Source of the DNA: Leptospira sp.
GTDB taxonomy: Bacteria; Spirochaetota; Leptospiria; Leptospirales; Leptospiraceae
DNA: 64,000 bases
Assembly (NCBI GenBank): GCA_034439575.1
Contig: JAWXAQ010000007.1
Location: 288,454-352,453, forward strand
Direction: 5' to 3'
Below the pieces are notes generated by a model that saw only the letters and a list, made by a program, of their open reading frames with translations, had not been told where the DNA came from and did not search any database. The number at the start of each line of letters is the position of its first letter. The first letter of the stretch is position 1. Below are positions 20,135-30,674 of the stretch, piece by piece. A program made the position numbers and the translations under genes.

Positions 20135-21746
20135 AAATTATCGCCTCATTGGGAAATAGTTGCAAAAATCCATCATCGGACTCTTTTTTCATGAAACTGG
20201 GTCTTGGTGCCGTAGTAAACAGTATGTCTTCCAATTGCCATTTTCTCGAATAAGAGACGTTAACTGTTTCGTTCGAAAAGTTTAAAAAAACAAAAGTCTC
20301 TTCTTTCCCTTCTTTGCGTTTATAATAGATAACATTTTTGTCATGGCTAAGATAGATTTTTAAATTTCCTTTGCGCAGAGATTTTCTATCTTTCCGAAGC
20401 CTAATTAATGTTTTATAAGTATTAAAAAGAGAAGACTTATCCTCTTTTTGGATTTGAACATTTGTATCCATTGCCTTCTCATAAAAAGGCAACCAAGGCA
20501 CTCCCGTAGTAAAACCTGTTTTTTCTGTACCATCCCAGGCCATAGGAATGCGTTCAGGATCACGACCTGGGTGGAATGGCCAATATTTTTTACCTACAGG
20601 GTCTTGTATTTTTTTTAAGGCAACTTTCTGTCTCTCCATACCAATCTCTTCGCCGTAATAAAGAAAGGGTGTTCCTCTTAAGGTTAACATCATAGCGGCA
20701 GCTAATTTCGCTCGAGGAATCGTTTCTTTTCCTTTTGTATAACGAGTGATATGCCTAGGAAAGTCATGATTAGAAAGAGTGTAATTTGGCCAATTATCTT
20801 CACCTAATGCTGATTCGAAATCTTTTATGATCTGAAAAAAACTTTCGGCTTTCCAAGGTGAAAATAAAAACATAAAATTAAAAGCTAAATGCAGTTCATC
20901 ATTTTTACCGCAATAAGTCGCAGGAAGTGTGACATTGCCAGGAAAGTCTTGCATTACCTCACCGACAGAGACTTTACGATCAGGATAAGAATCTAATAAC
21001 TTACGAAGTCTTCTTAATATACCATGCATCTCTGGTCGATCACGATCATAGATATGAACTTGTTTGTCATATGGTCTCGGACCCTTCATAAAATATGAGG
21101 GATTATCTCGAAAGAATTCATCCTTGATATATAAGTTAACAACGTCTAAACGAAATCCGTCTACACCCATATCAAGCCAATACCGAATCATTTTGAAAAT
21201 CGCATCTTCCACTTCTGGATTACGCCAATTTAAATCTGGTTGTTCTTTTAAAAATGAATGAAAGTAAGATTCTTCAGTTCTTTTATCAAATTCCCATCCG
21301 AGTCCACCAAAAGCACCTAGCCAATTGTTTGGTGGGTTTCCGTGGGGAGAGTCTTTCCATATGTACCAATCTCGTTTGGGACTATTTTTTGATGAGCGAG
21401 ATTCTAAAAACCAAGGATGTAAATGTGATGTGTGATTCACAACCAAATCCATAATTATTTTAATATTTCTTTTATGTGCTTCTTTTAATAGTCGCTTAAA
21501 TGTTGTTATATCACCATAGTTTGGATCAATTTCTTCATAGTCAGAAATATCATAACCAAAATCAAACATGGGCGAAGGATAAACTGGTGACAACCAAATA
21601 GCATCAACACCAAGTGAATCACTTGAACCGTTAAGATAGTCTAACCTTTGTATAATTCCTTCAAGATCACCAATGCCATCACCGTTCGAATCTTGAAAAC
21701 TACGAGGGTAAATTTGATATACTACTGCTTCTTTCCACCAATTCAT
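20124..21746 (-). CDS. Alpha-glucosidase / oligo-1,6-glucosidase (GH13), start ATG 21746
   Basis: WWKEAVVYQIYPRSFQDSNGDGIGDL, DLVVNHTS, EQPDLN, GFRLDVVN, VGE, LSNHD, YYGEEIGM. Confidence 0.93.
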   Translation of the reverse strand: MNWWKEAVVYQIYPRSFQDSNGDGIGDLEGIIQRLDYLNGSSDSLGVDAIWLSPVYPSPMFDFGYDISDYEEIDPNYGDITTFKRLLKEAHKRNIKIIMDLVVNHTSHLHPWFLESRSSKNSPKRDWYIWKDSPHGNPPNNWLGAFGGLGWEFDKRTEESYFHSFLKEQPDLNWRNPEVEDAIFKMIRYWLDMGVDGFRLDVVNLYIKDEFFRDNPSYFMKGPRPYDKQVHIYDRDRPEMHGILRRLRKLLDSYPDRKVSVGEVMQDFPGNVTLPATYCGKNDELHLAFNFMFLFSPWKAESFFQIIKDFESALGEDNWPNYTLSNHDFPRHITRYTKGKETIPRAKLAAAMMLTLRGTPFLYYGEEIGMERQKVALKKIQDPVGKKYWPFHPGRDPERIPMAWDGTEKTGFTTGVPWLPFYEKAMDTNVQIQKEDKSSLFNTYKTLIRLRKDRKSLRKGNLKIYLSHDKNVIYYKRKEGKEETFVFLNFSNETVNVSYSRKWQLEDILFTTAPRPSFMKKESDDGFLQLFPNEAIIFGS

Positions 21747-21747
21747 T

Positions 21748-24297
21748 TCAAAAACTAATTTCAAAAATTCCCTGATCACGTTTCATTTGGGCAACTTCTA
21801 AAATTTTCTCCTTTATAGAAAATAACATTTCCGAATTTTCAATTTTTTGACCATCTTTCGATTGAATATGAAATGAGTCATACGCAAAGTCAGCGCTAGT
21901 TGATATTCTAACAAAAATAACATTCAATTCAAAATCCAACAAGGTTTTCAAGATACGATAAACAAGTCCTATCGAATCAGGAACTCTTATTTCAAGAACC
22001 GTATAGATAAGTGATAAATCATTTGAGATTTTTACTAGTTCTTCCACCATACCATCGGGAATTTTTGAAGGTGTTGACCAAATATTACTAGTTGTAGCGA
22101 TTTCTTCAATATTCACTTTACCGTCGATACATTCTGAAATCAATTTTTCCATCGCATCTAGTTGCTCTATCCCGATCGTACCTGAACCATATTGATCTGT
22201 AATTTGGGCTTGTAGGATAAGTTGGGAATTATTGGTTCGAAATAATCTTAATCCTACTAAATTTAAACCCAAAGAAGAAATTGACCCGCTAACAGATAAT
22301 AGTAATTGCATATTATCATTTGAAAAAATTGTGATGGTTACAAAAGCGGGCTCTGCTTCAGAGATAAATTTAAAAGGTGTTTTTGAATCTAACCATTCCT
22401 TGATGCTTACATAATGTTGAAAAATCCGTCTTGGAGTATTATAATTTAAATAAGACTGAGGAGTGACGTCTAATGCATATTTTACGACAGCATTACAAAT
22501 TTCCTCACTTAATCCTTCTTTATCTATCAGATAATTTTCTAAGGTTTGTTCAATTCGCTCTATAGATTTGATTGGATTTGTATTTCTTTCCAATGTATTT
22601 AAAGTTGAAATATATAAATGAAAAAGTATTTCTTTTTTCCAATTTGTAAGCACACCTTTACCGACAGACTTTGTATCTATAATTGTAAGAATATATAACA
22701 AACGCAAGGTGTTTTGATTTGAAAATAACATTGAAAAACTTTGGATTAAACTCGGGTCATGGATATCTCTTTTAGAAGATAATTCGGACATGATGATATG
22801 TTCGGCGACGAGAAAACGAAGTAATTCTGTATCATTTTCTGATAAACGAAATCGTTCTGCAATGATGAGAGCAAGCTCGGCTCCGTATTGGCTATGATCT
22901 CCATCTTTTACTTTACCAGCATCGTGAATAAGTATTGCCAAGATAAGAATGTCAATTTTTTCACATGAATCAAAAACTTCCTGGATTTGAATATCATCCC
23001 ATTTTCTTTCAATGAGTAAATCCAATTCCCTAAGTATCAGTAACGTGTGTTCATCGACAGTGTATTGATGATGAAAACTAAATAATGGAAAATTTGTACA
23101 AGCCCCAAATTCAGGAATCAATTTGCCAAGAATATTACATTCATGCATTAAAGTTAATAAATGACCGATTCTAGTTTTAGAACGAATCAGTTCCAAAAAG
23201 ACATCGATCACAGTTTTGTTATTTTTAAAATCTTCATCTATAAAATTTGAGGCGTATCGGATTTCGTTTAACAAAATGCGCGATGGTTCAGTATTTTCTT
23301 TTTGCGCCGCTAAGAAAAAATAAATCACATCTTCGTATAAAGTGTCCGGATTGGCAAAAGGTTTTATGCCAATTGGTTGTATTGATTGTTTTTTGGAATC
23401 TAAGTACATCCCTAGATAAAAATAAATATCTTTTTGGGACTTATAGAATTTACTCATAAATCTTTCAATCGCATGTAATTCCGTGCGCTCACCAAACCCC
23501 AAAAATTCTGCTACCTCTGGTTGTGAATTGAGATCTAGCCTATCATTCTTCCTGTCAGATAATATGTGCAAGGCGGACCTAGCCAATAATAGAAAATCAT
23601 ATGCGTTTAAAATGGGAAGAGTGTCACCTCTAAGAAAAAATTCAAAGACTCCAGCGCCTTGATGCGAATAATGTAGGTTAGTTTTTTCGATCCAATACAT
23701 AAATTGAACATCTCTTAAACCAAGAGGGTCATTTTTTATGTTTGGTTCTGAGAGTAAAAAAGGATCATACGAATTAATGATTCGATCACTTAAAAATTGA
23801 TATTTCCAATTATTATATTCAACTATTTTCTTTAATGGTAATTTTTCTAAAAAATCAGTTTTGTATTTTTCGAATAAATAATAGGAACCAATAAGAAATC
23901 GAGAATCCAAAATAGCATGATAGGATTGGATGTTATCTATAGAATTGAATGATTCACGGATCGTCCGGCATGCGTGGCCAACTTCTCTGCCATTATTGTA
24001 TAAAAAATTGTTAATACTTGATATAACGTTCGTTAAGACTGATTCAGCAAGTTTTCCATCATGCAAATAGAGTAAATCAATATCTGAATAGGGTGCGATT
24101 TCCATTCTGCCGTATCCGCCTATCGGGATTAAGGCTAAATGACCAGAAAGTGAATACTGAAGATCAAGAGACTGAAATAATGAAATAAGAGAGGAGTCAA
24201 TCAGTCGGCTTAATTGTCTTGTGAACAATCGGCCTGATTGAATAGTTTTCGCTTTTGGAAATGTGCGAAGTAGTTTTGCCTTGAGTTCTAATTTCAT
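21748..24297 (-). CDS. glnD: PII uridylyltransferase/uridylyl-removing enzyme
   Basis: IGGYGRxExAPYSDIDLL NTase, EPNIKxxxxGLRD, HQYTVDEH and LIHDAGK HD domain, C-terminal ACT domains. Confidence 0.92.
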   Translation of the reverse strand: MKLELKAKLLRTFPKAKTIQSGRLFTRQLSRLIDSSLISLFQSLDLQYSLSGHLALIPIGGYGRMEIAPYSDIDLLYLHDGKLAESVLTNVISSINNFLYNNGREVGHACRTIRESFNSIDNIQSYHAILDSRFLIGSYYLFEKYKTDFLEKLPLKKIVEYNNWKYQFLSDRIINSYDPFLLSEPNIKNDPLGLRDVQFMYWIEKTNLHYSHQGAGVFEFFLRGDTLPILNAYDFLLLARSALHILSDRKNDRLDLNSQPEVAEFLGFGERTELHAIERFMSKFYKSQKDIYFYLGMYLDSKKQSIQPIGIKPFANPDTLYEDVIYFFLAAQKENTEPSRILLNEIRYASNFIDEDFKNNKTVIDVFLELIRSKTRIGHLLTLMHECNILGKLIPEFGACTNFPLFSFHHQYTVDEHTLLILRELDLLIERKWDDIQIQEVFDSCEKIDILILAILIHDAGKVKDGDHSQYGAELALIIAERFRLSENDTELLRFLVAEHIIMSELSSKRDIHDPSLIQSFSMLFSNQNTLRLLYILTIIDTKSVGKGVLTNWKKEILFHLYISTLNTLERNTNPIKSIERIEQTLENYLIDKEGLSEEICNAVVKYALDVTPQSYLNYNTPRRIFQHYVSIKEWLDSKTPFKFISEAEPAFVTITIFSNDNMQLLLSVSGSISSLGLNLVGLRLFRTNNSQLILQAQITDQYGSGTIGIEQLDAMEKLISECIDGKVNIEEIATTSNIWSTPSKIPDGMVEELVKISNDLSLIYTVLEIRVPDSIGLVYRILKTLLDFELNVIFVRISTSADFAYDSFHIQSKDGQKIENSEMLFSIKEKILEVAQMKRDQGIFEISF

Positions 24298-24342
24298 ATT
24301 TGGAAGAGTGGGACTAAATAGGAATCATTTATCATAAAGTCC

Positions 24343-24828
24343 ATGAAGACTCATTTAAAGATCGTTGCAAGTTACATTATTTGTCATCTAATTTCTTATT
24401 TTGCTGTGTCGATACCTTATTATCATCTTGTGATGAAAGGGTACTATTCAGGTGTAAATGCACCATTTGCTAAATTTTTAGTAACTGAATCAAACACAGA
24501 ACTTTGGATAAGGGCCATGAGCCTTTTTTTCCCAGTCCAAATTTTATCCGCAGTTTTGTTCTCGGTTTTATTGATTTCACTATATGATTGGATGCTCAGG
24601 CAGTCTTTCCTTAAATCTGTTTTTATCGTTTTTTGGTGCAAGGGAATCATTGGTGGATTAGCATCTGTTCTTCCAAGTCCAGGTACATTAGAAGGGTATT
24701 TATTTATGATACCTGAAATCACAAATCAAATTCATATACTAGTTGCCATAGAAGTAAGCCTTCAGGCTCTTTTGATCGCGATCTTATTTAACTTAATTTT
24801 ATTTCGTCTATGGAAAAGTAAACATTGA
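24343..24828 (+). CDS. Hypothetical membrane protein (about 4 TM)
   Basis: Hydrophobic segments, PSPGTLEG motif; overlaps next gene. Confidence 0.65.
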   Translation: MKTHLKIVASYIICHLISYFAVSIPYYHLVMKGYYSGVNAPFAKFLVTESNTELWIRAMSLFFPVQILSAVLFSVLLISLYDWMLRQSFLKSVFIVFWCKGIIGGLASVLPSPGTLEGYLFMIPEITNQIHILVAIEVSLQALLIAILFNLILFRLWKSKH

Positions 24829-25991
24829 GGATACTTTATTTATTTTTAATTCTTCTTTTTAGTATAACATCAAATACACGAGCCCAATCATGGGAATCTA
24901 CCATTTGGTTACCTAAAGAATATAAATCAGAGAGGATTTCTAGCTACGATATTACCGGTGGTAACAATGATTATATTACTATTGGCAAAGGGGAAAGGAA
25001 GACTATTGCTGATATTAAAGGTTCCGGTGTGATTAAACATATTTGGATCACCCTAAATTCGAAAGATTTAATGGTCAGGAGAAATACTGTTATTAGATTC
25101 TATTGGGATGGGAATGATAAACCAGCCGTAGAAGTTCCATTAGGTGATTTTTTTGGGCAAGGTTGGGGCGAAGAATATAATTTAATCTCTGCACCTCTCG
25201 TCGTTGCTCCCAAAAAAGGAAAAGCGATGAATTCATATTTTCCTATGCCTTTCGAATCATCCGCAAAGATCGAAATTGAAAACGAAGGTGATGTTGAGAT
25301 ACCAAATTTTTATTTTTATGTAGATTATGAAAGATGGAAAAAAGCACCACCAAGTCCCATGCGATTTTATGCACATTGGAATCGAAGCATCACAGAACCA
25401 AATACGAGTGATGGCAAAGAAAATGAATGGGCATTGCTTGGAGAAACTGCGAAAGCACCATTGGAAATAAAAGATCAATTTATAGTTTTAAACACAAAGG
25501 GCAGAGGACATTTTATCGGTCTTAATTTATACATTGATTCACCAAGCCCCATGTGGTATGGAGAAGGAGACGATCAAATATTTATTGACTCAGAGAAATG
25601 GCCACCCCAACTGCATGGGACAGGTACGGAAGATTTATTCAATACAGCTTGGTGTCCAAAGGAAGTATTTATGCATCCCTACTTTGGTTATCCAAGAGTT
25701 AGTGATAGTACTGGTTGGTTGGGGCGGACGCATTTATATAGATTTTGGATAGAATCTCCATTGGCATTTGAGAAAAGTTTTCTTTTTGCTCTTGAACATG
25801 GGCATGCGAATTCTTTGACATTGGATATGGTATCTGTTGCATACTTTTACCAAGTACCTGGAACATTTAATTTGCCTTCTCTCCCGAAAAAAGAGAAAAG
25901 GCAAAATCAACCTGAGATTAATTTTCGTCATCTACATAAGTGGCGAGATGCATATAGAAGTGAAAAAGGAAAAGTTTGGGGCCATGAATGA
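24825..25991 (+). CDS. DUF2961 / glycoside hydrolase family 172 protein, exported
   Basis: SSYDxTGGNND, GSGVIKHIWIT, YWDG, PLGDFF, NSYFPMPF, WYGEGDD, HGTGTED, EHGHAN; signal peptide. Confidence 0.88.
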   Translation: MRILYLFLILLFSITSNTRAQSWESTIWLPKEYKSERISSYDITGGNNDYITIGKGERKTIADIKGSGVIKHIWITLNSKDLMVRRNTVIRFYWDGNDKPAVEVPLGDFFGQGWGEEYNLISAPLVVAPKKGKAMNSYFPMPFESSAKIEIENEGDVEIPNFYFYVDYERWKKAPPSPMRFYAHWNRSITEPNTSDGKENEWALLGETAKAPLEIKDQFIVLNTKGRGHFIGLNLYIDSPSPMWYGEGDDQIFIDSEKWPPQLHGTGTEDLFNTAWCPKEVFMHPYFGYPRVSDSTGWLGRTHLYRFWIESPLAFEKSFLFALEHGHANSLTLDMVSVAYFYQVPGTFNLPSLPKKEKRQNQPEINFRHLHKWRDAYRSEKGKVWGHE

Positions 25992-26916
25992 AAATCAAAT
26001 TTATAAAATTTCTAAAGTAATCGTAGAACGAAGCGTTGACGCTATCATTGTTCTGGATGAAAAAAGTAAAATTACATTAACTAATCCAGCCTTACTTTTG
26101 TTAAGTGGATTTTTAAAAGAAGAACTCATCGGCCAACCGCTAGATTACCTTTTCCCACACGAAATCAATGCTGATCAGTCAAAAGCATTTACTATAGAGA
26201 ATTTCTTAATTGCTGAAGATACAAAATATGTGACTGGATCCCATAGAGAATTAGAGCTCACAACCAAAAAAGGGGAACACATACCCATTGAAATCAGAGT
26301 CTTTGAAATTGATCCAGATGAAAATGGAAGAAAACAATTTACTGGAATTGTTCGAGATATTCGAGAACGCAAAAGATTAGAAGAACAAAAAACACTTCTT
26401 ATCAATAGTCTCAAACGATTGGCCTATATGGATGAACTTACTTTATTACCAAATCGGCGTTCGTTTTATGACTCTCTGCAAAAAAGTATTGCCATTGTTA
26501 AACGTCGAAATCGGGAAGCAGTACTGGCAGTATTGGACATAGATCATTTCAAATCTATTAATGATACTTATGGACATGATATTGGAGATGTTGTGCTTAA
26601 AAACATTGCAAATATCTTTATGGATTGTCTTAGGGAAGAGGATACCATCGGAAGAATAGGAGGTGAGGAATTTGGTTGTATACTACCTGATACGGATACA
26701 ACGGGAGGCGCCGTTGTTTTTGAACGAATTCGTGAATCCGTTCGAGGGCATAGGTTTTTTATTTTTGATAATTTTTATTTGAATGTCACCATCAGCATGG
26801 GTTACACTCGTATCCATCCCACGCAAAAACCGGAAGAAGTGATTAAATTTGCTGACATTGCGCTCTATCAGGCAAAAAATTCTGGCCGGGATCGCATCCA
26901 AGGCTATCCAATTTAG
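25984..26916 (+). CDS. PAS-domain diguanylate cyclase (start ATG 25984)
   Basis: PAS (DAIIVLD...NPA...LIGQ...RDI), DELTLLPNRR, DIDHFKSINDTYGH, REED I-site, GGEEF. Confidence 0.92.
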   Translation: MNENQIYKISKVIVERSVDAIIVLDEKSKITLTNPALLLLSGFLKEELIGQPLDYLFPHEINADQSKAFTIENFLIAEDTKYVTGSHRELELTTKKGEHIPIEIRVFEIDPDENGRKQFTGIVRDIRERKRLEEQKTLLINSLKRLAYMDELTLLPNRRSFYDSLQKSIAIVKRRNREAVLAVLDIDHFKSINDTYGHDIGDVVLKNIANIFMDCLREEDTIGRIGGEEFGCILPDTDTTGGAVVFERIRESVRGHRFFIFDNFYLNVTISMGYTRIHPTQKPEEVIKFADIALYQAKNSGRDRIQGYPI

Positions 26917-26922
26917 GCAAAT

Positions 26923-26949
26923 TTAGCAGTTTTTCGTTACGACTGCTAA
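26923..26949. promoter_or_regulatory. Variant CIRCE-like inverted repeat (second HrcA site)
   Basis: TTAGCAGTT-N9-GACTGCTAA; exact CIRCE geometry with symmetric C>G/G>C changes. Confidence 0.7.
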
Positions 26950-26976
26950 AATCAGGCAGAAAATTTCTGAACTTAC

Positions 26977-27005
26977 TTGACCTGAAATACCCATTTTCAT
27001 AAACT
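26977..27005 (+). promoter_or_regulatory. sigma70-type promoter of hrcA-grpE-dnaK-dnaJ operon
   Basis: TTGACC (26977-26982), 17-bp spacer, TAAACT (27000-27005), immediately upstream of CIRCE. Confidence 0.75.
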
Positions 27006-27016
27006 TTTTAGATAGA

Positions 27017-27043
27017 TTAGCACTCTAATGATTAGAGTGCTAA
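27017..27043. promoter_or_regulatory. CIRCE element (HrcA operator)
   Basis: Perfect TTAGCACTC-TAATGATTA-GAGTGCTAA, 16 bp before hrcA ATG. Confidence 0.97.
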
Positions 27044-27059
27044 AAGTAAAAGAAGAAAC

Positions 27060-28091
27060 ATGAATCTTTCGCCAAGGCATAGAGTCATCCTAAAAGCCCT
27101 CATCGATGAGTTTGTTGCAGATAACAAACCTGTCGGTTCGAAGACGCTTTCAGAAAAATATGACATTGGATTATCGCCTGCGACAATTCGATCTTCTTTG
27201 GCAGAGCTGGAAGAGTTTGGTTATATCGCTGCGAGGCATACATCTGGAGGTCGAGTTCCCACTGAAAGGGGTTACCGCTTCTACGTTGATAGTCTTGTGA
27301 CTTTATTTGATCTCACTTTGAAAGAGAAACAACGCATCCAAGAAGAATACTTGAAGATGCAATTTCGCTTGGACCAAGTCCTTGTGGCAACGTCTAGAGT
27401 CTTGGCTTCTCTTTCACAAAGCGCAAGTGTCGTGTTAGGTCCGGAAGGATCACTTGATACTTTAAAACATTTAGAACTCATACACGTTAATGGTGGTGAG
27501 GTGCTAATGATTTTAGTGATGCGTTCAGGAACTGTGGTAAATCGAAATATTTTTTTTGATCATCACATTTCCCAAGAGTCACTTTATCAGATGTCACGTT
27601 ATTTAAATGAAAACGTGAAGGGATTTGATGTTCATGAAATACAGAACAATTTAATTCCGCAGCTTATGATGAAAAAAGATGGCCCTGAAGGTTTTTCTGC
27701 ATTAGCACCTGCGATCGCAAGATCAATGGCAGCAGAAAGTTTTAATACTGATAATCTTTATATAGATGGTTTAAAAAATCTATATGAGAACTTCCGTGAT
27801 GAAGAGGATAGATTGGAAAATATTTTACATCTTTTTGATGAGAAAAATTTCCTAAGAGACTTTTTTACGGATCATGTGCCTTTAGATGGAGTTTATACAA
27901 TTATAGGAAAAGATGGTGATGAGAAGTTAGGTGGTGTTACCATTATAACAACAAATTATCGGATGGGTGAAAAAAGAATTGGTTCCATGGGAATCATTGG
28001 GCCCCAGAGGATGAATTATAACAAAACATTACCTTTGTTAGAATTCACTTCAAAATTAGTTTCTGAAATGATTACAAAATTAAGTAGATAA
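27060..28091 (+). CDS. hrcA: Heat-inducible transcription repressor HrcA
   Basis: PVGSKTL, LSPATIR, HTSGGRVPTERGYRFYVD, GIIGPQRMNY. Confidence 0.97.
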   Translation: MNLSPRHRVILKALIDEFVADNKPVGSKTLSEKYDIGLSPATIRSSLAELEEFGYIAARHTSGGRVPTERGYRFYVDSLVTLFDLTLKEKQRIQEEYLKMQFRLDQVLVATSRVLASLSQSASVVLGPEGSLDTLKHLELIHVNGGEVLMILVMRSGTVVNRNIFFDHHISQESLYQMSRYLNENVKGFDVHEIQNNLIPQLMMKKDGPEGFSALAPAIARSMAAESFNTDNLYIDGLKNLYENFRDEEDRLENILHLFDEKNFLRDFFTDHVPLDGVYTIIGKDGDEKLGGVTIITTNYRMGEKRIGSMGIIGPQRMNYNKTLPLLEFTSKLVSEMITKLSR

Positions 28092-28103
28092 ATAGGAGGA
28101 AAA

Positions 28104-28679
28104 ATGGCAGAGACCAACGAAACAGTAGAAGATCAAGAGGGGTCAATTCCAACAGAGGAAACGGAAACACTTTCCGATGAAGCCATGAAGTCAGCCATGG
28201 ATGGTGTAGAGCTTGAATTGGATAAAGCAAAGAAAGAGATTGATACCTTAAAAGATTCTTGGTTGAGAGAGAGAGCTGAATTTCAAAATTACAAAAGAAG
28301 AACAGCGAACGATCTCTTAAACGCTAGAAAAGATTCGATCAAAAAATTTGCTGAAGGATTTCTTGGAGCGTTCGATAATTTGGAACGAGTAACAAATGTT
28401 ACCAATGCTTCGGCAGAAGTGCAAGCATTCCTAGATGGCATCAATATGATCCAAAAAGATTTTATGGGAATATTGGAAAAAGAAGGAATCAAACGATTAG
28501 ATCCAAATGGGCAGACGTTTGACCCTATGTTTATGGAAGCGATCGTATCAGAAGAAAGTGCAGATTATACGGAAGAAACGGTGATTGAAACTTATCAAAA
28601 AGGATATTACTTTGAAGATGGGGATTCTAAACAACCAATTCGTCCTGCAAGAGTGAAAGTGGGAAAACCACAAAGTTAA
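28104..28679 (+). CDS. grpE: Nucleotide exchange factor GrpE
   Basis: RERAEFQNYKRR, DNLER, FDPMFMEA, YQKGY, IRPARVKV. Confidence 0.96.
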   Translation: MAETNETVEDQEGSIPTEETETLSDEAMKSAMDGVELELDKAKKEIDTLKDSWLRERAEFQNYKRRTANDLLNARKDSIKKFAEGFLGAFDNLERVTNVTNASAEVQAFLDGINMIQKDFMGILEKEGIKRLDPNGQTFDPMFMEAIVSEESADYTEETVIETYQKGYYFEDGDSKQPIRPARVKVGKPQS

Positions 28680-28706
28680 TTATAAAATATAAGTAGGAGA
28701 TATACC

Positions 28707-30650
28707 ATGTCTAAAGAAAAAATTATAGGAATCGACTTAGGAACAACTAACTCGTGTGTTGCTGTTATGGAAGGCGGGGATCCAGTTGTGATCCAAAACT
28801 CCGAAGGCGCAAGAACAACTCCATCTATCGTAGCATATACTGCGAAAGGTGAGACTATTGTTGGTCAGTTTGCAAAAAACCAAGCAATTACGAATGCTGT
28901 AAACACTATCCGATCTGCAAAAAGATTTATAGGTCGTAGATACAACGAATCACAAGATGAAGCGAAAATGGTTTCATACAAAGTGATTCGTGCTGGAAAT
29001 GACGGCGTTAAATTTGAAACAGTTTCTGGTGAATTTACACCACAAGAAATCGCGGCTCGTGTCCTCATGAAAATGAAGAAAACAGCAGAAGATTTTCTTG
29101 GTTATGAAGTCAAAAAAGCAGTCGTAACAGTTCCTGCCTACTTCAATGACGAACAAAGACAAGCAACAAAAGACGCTGGTCGAATTGCTGGTCTTGAAGT
29201 AGAACGTATCATCAACGAACCAACAGCAGCTGCACTTGCTTATGGTTTTGATAAAAAGAAAACAAATGCAAAGATCGCCGTATACGATTTAGGTGGTGGA
29301 ACATTTGACGTTTCTATTCTAGAACTCGGTGACGGTGTATTTGAAGTAAAATCAACTAACGGTGATACACACTTAGGTGGTGACGACTTTGATAACGTAG
29401 TCATGCAGTGGATGATCGATGAGTTTAAAAAACAAACTGGAATTGATATATCGGCTGATAAAAACACAGTACAAAGATTGAAGGAAGCGGCAGAAAAGGC
29501 AAAAATTGAATTGTCTGGAACTTCTACAACTCAAATCAATTTACCATTTATTACCGCTGATGCTTCAGGTCCAAAACACTTGGATATGACATTAACTCGT
29601 GCTAAATTTGATGATATCACAAAAGCACTTGTTGAAAGAACTCGTATTCCATGCTTGAATGCATTGAAGGATGCTGGACTTAGCCCTAGCGAAATAGATG
29701 AAGTCATTCTTGTTGGTGGCTCTATTAGAATACCTGCAGTTCAATCCCTAGTCAAAGAAATCTTTGGGAAAGAGCCAAACAAATCTGTAAACCCAGATGA
29801 AGTGGTCGCCGTTGGTGCTGCGATTCAAGGTGGCGTACTTGCTGGAGAAGTGACTGATGTATTGTTACTTGATGTAACACCTCTTTCACTCGGTATCGAA
29901 ACTTTGGGTGGAGTGATGACAAAACTCATCGAAAGAAATACTACGATACCTACAAGAAAATCACAAGTATTCTCAACAGCTGCTGATAACCAAACAACCG
30001 TTTCTGTACACGTATTGCAAGGCGAACGTGAAATGGCAGGCCACAACAGAACATTGGGTAGATTTGATTTAGTCGGTATTCCTTCTGCTCCAAGAGGAGT
30101 TCCACAAATCGAAGTTACATTTGACATTGATGCCAATGGTATCGTTCATGTGTCAGCAAAAGATTTAGGAACTGGCAAGGAACAAAAGATTCGTATTGAA
30201 TCATCTTCTGGTTTGTCGGAAGACGAAATCAAAAAAATGGTAAAAGATGCAGAAGCTCATGCGGAAGAAGATAAAAAAGCAAGAGAGTTCGCAGATACCA
30301 AAAACGAGTTAGAATCAATTTGTTACAGCCTTGAAAAAACTGCGACAGAAGCGGCTGATAAGTTGGATGAATCTGAAAAGCAAAGAGTTACTGACGAAGT
30401 GAAACGAGGACGCGAGGCTATGGAGTCTCAAGACCTTGAAAGAATGAAATCAGCCAAAGATTCAATCCAACAAGTTGCAACGCAAATAGCTCAAAAGATT
30501 TACGCTTCAGCAGGTCCTGAAGCAGGGAATCCTGGAGCGGAAGCGGGTGCAGGAGCTGGACAGGGTGCTGGTGCAACTAACGGTGCAAATGGTGCAGGCG
30601 AAAAAGTCGTCGATGCTGATTACACTGTAGTTGATGACGATAAAAAATAA
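28707..30650 (+). CDS. dnaK: Chaperone DnaK (Hsp70)
   Basis: [43 protein letters not shown]. Confidence 0.99.
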   Translation: MSKEKIIGIDLGTTNSCVAVMEGGDPVVIQNSEGARTTPSIVAYTAKGETIVGQFAKNQAITNAVNTIRSAKRFIGRRYNESQDEAKMVSYKVIRAGNDGVKFETVSGEFTPQEIAARVLMKMKKTAEDFLGYEVKKAVVTVPAYFNDEQRQATKDAGRIAGLEVERIINEPTAAALAYGFDKKKTNAKIAVYDLGGGTFDVSILELGDGVFEVKSTNGDTHLGGDDFDNVVMQWMIDEFKKQTGIDISADKNTVQRLKEAAEKAKIELSGTSTTQINLPFITADASGPKHLDMTLTRAKFDDITKALVERTRIPCLNALKDAGLSPSEIDEVILVGGSIRIPAVQSLVKEIFGKEPNKSVNPDEVVAVGAAIQGGVLAGEVTDVLLLDVTPLSLGIETLGGVMTKLIERNTTIPTRKSQVFSTAADNQTTVSVHVLQGEREMAGHNRTLGRFDLVGIPSAPRGVPQIEVTFDIDANGIVHVSAKDLGTGKEQKIRIESSSGLSEDEIKKMVKDAEAHAEEDKKAREFADTKNELESICYSLEKTATEAADKLDESEKQRVTDEVKRGREAMESQDLERMKSAKDSIQQVATQIAQKIYASAGPEAGNPGAEAGAGAGQGAGATNGANGAGEKVVDADYTVVDDDKK

Positions 30651-30674
30651 ATATAAGAAAGCGAAGAAAAGTTT

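Noticed and set aside
30505-30600. Gly/Ala GGTGCA-like repeats at the dnaK 3' end
   Set aside because: Ordinary low-complexity DnaK C-terminal linker, not a DNA repeat element
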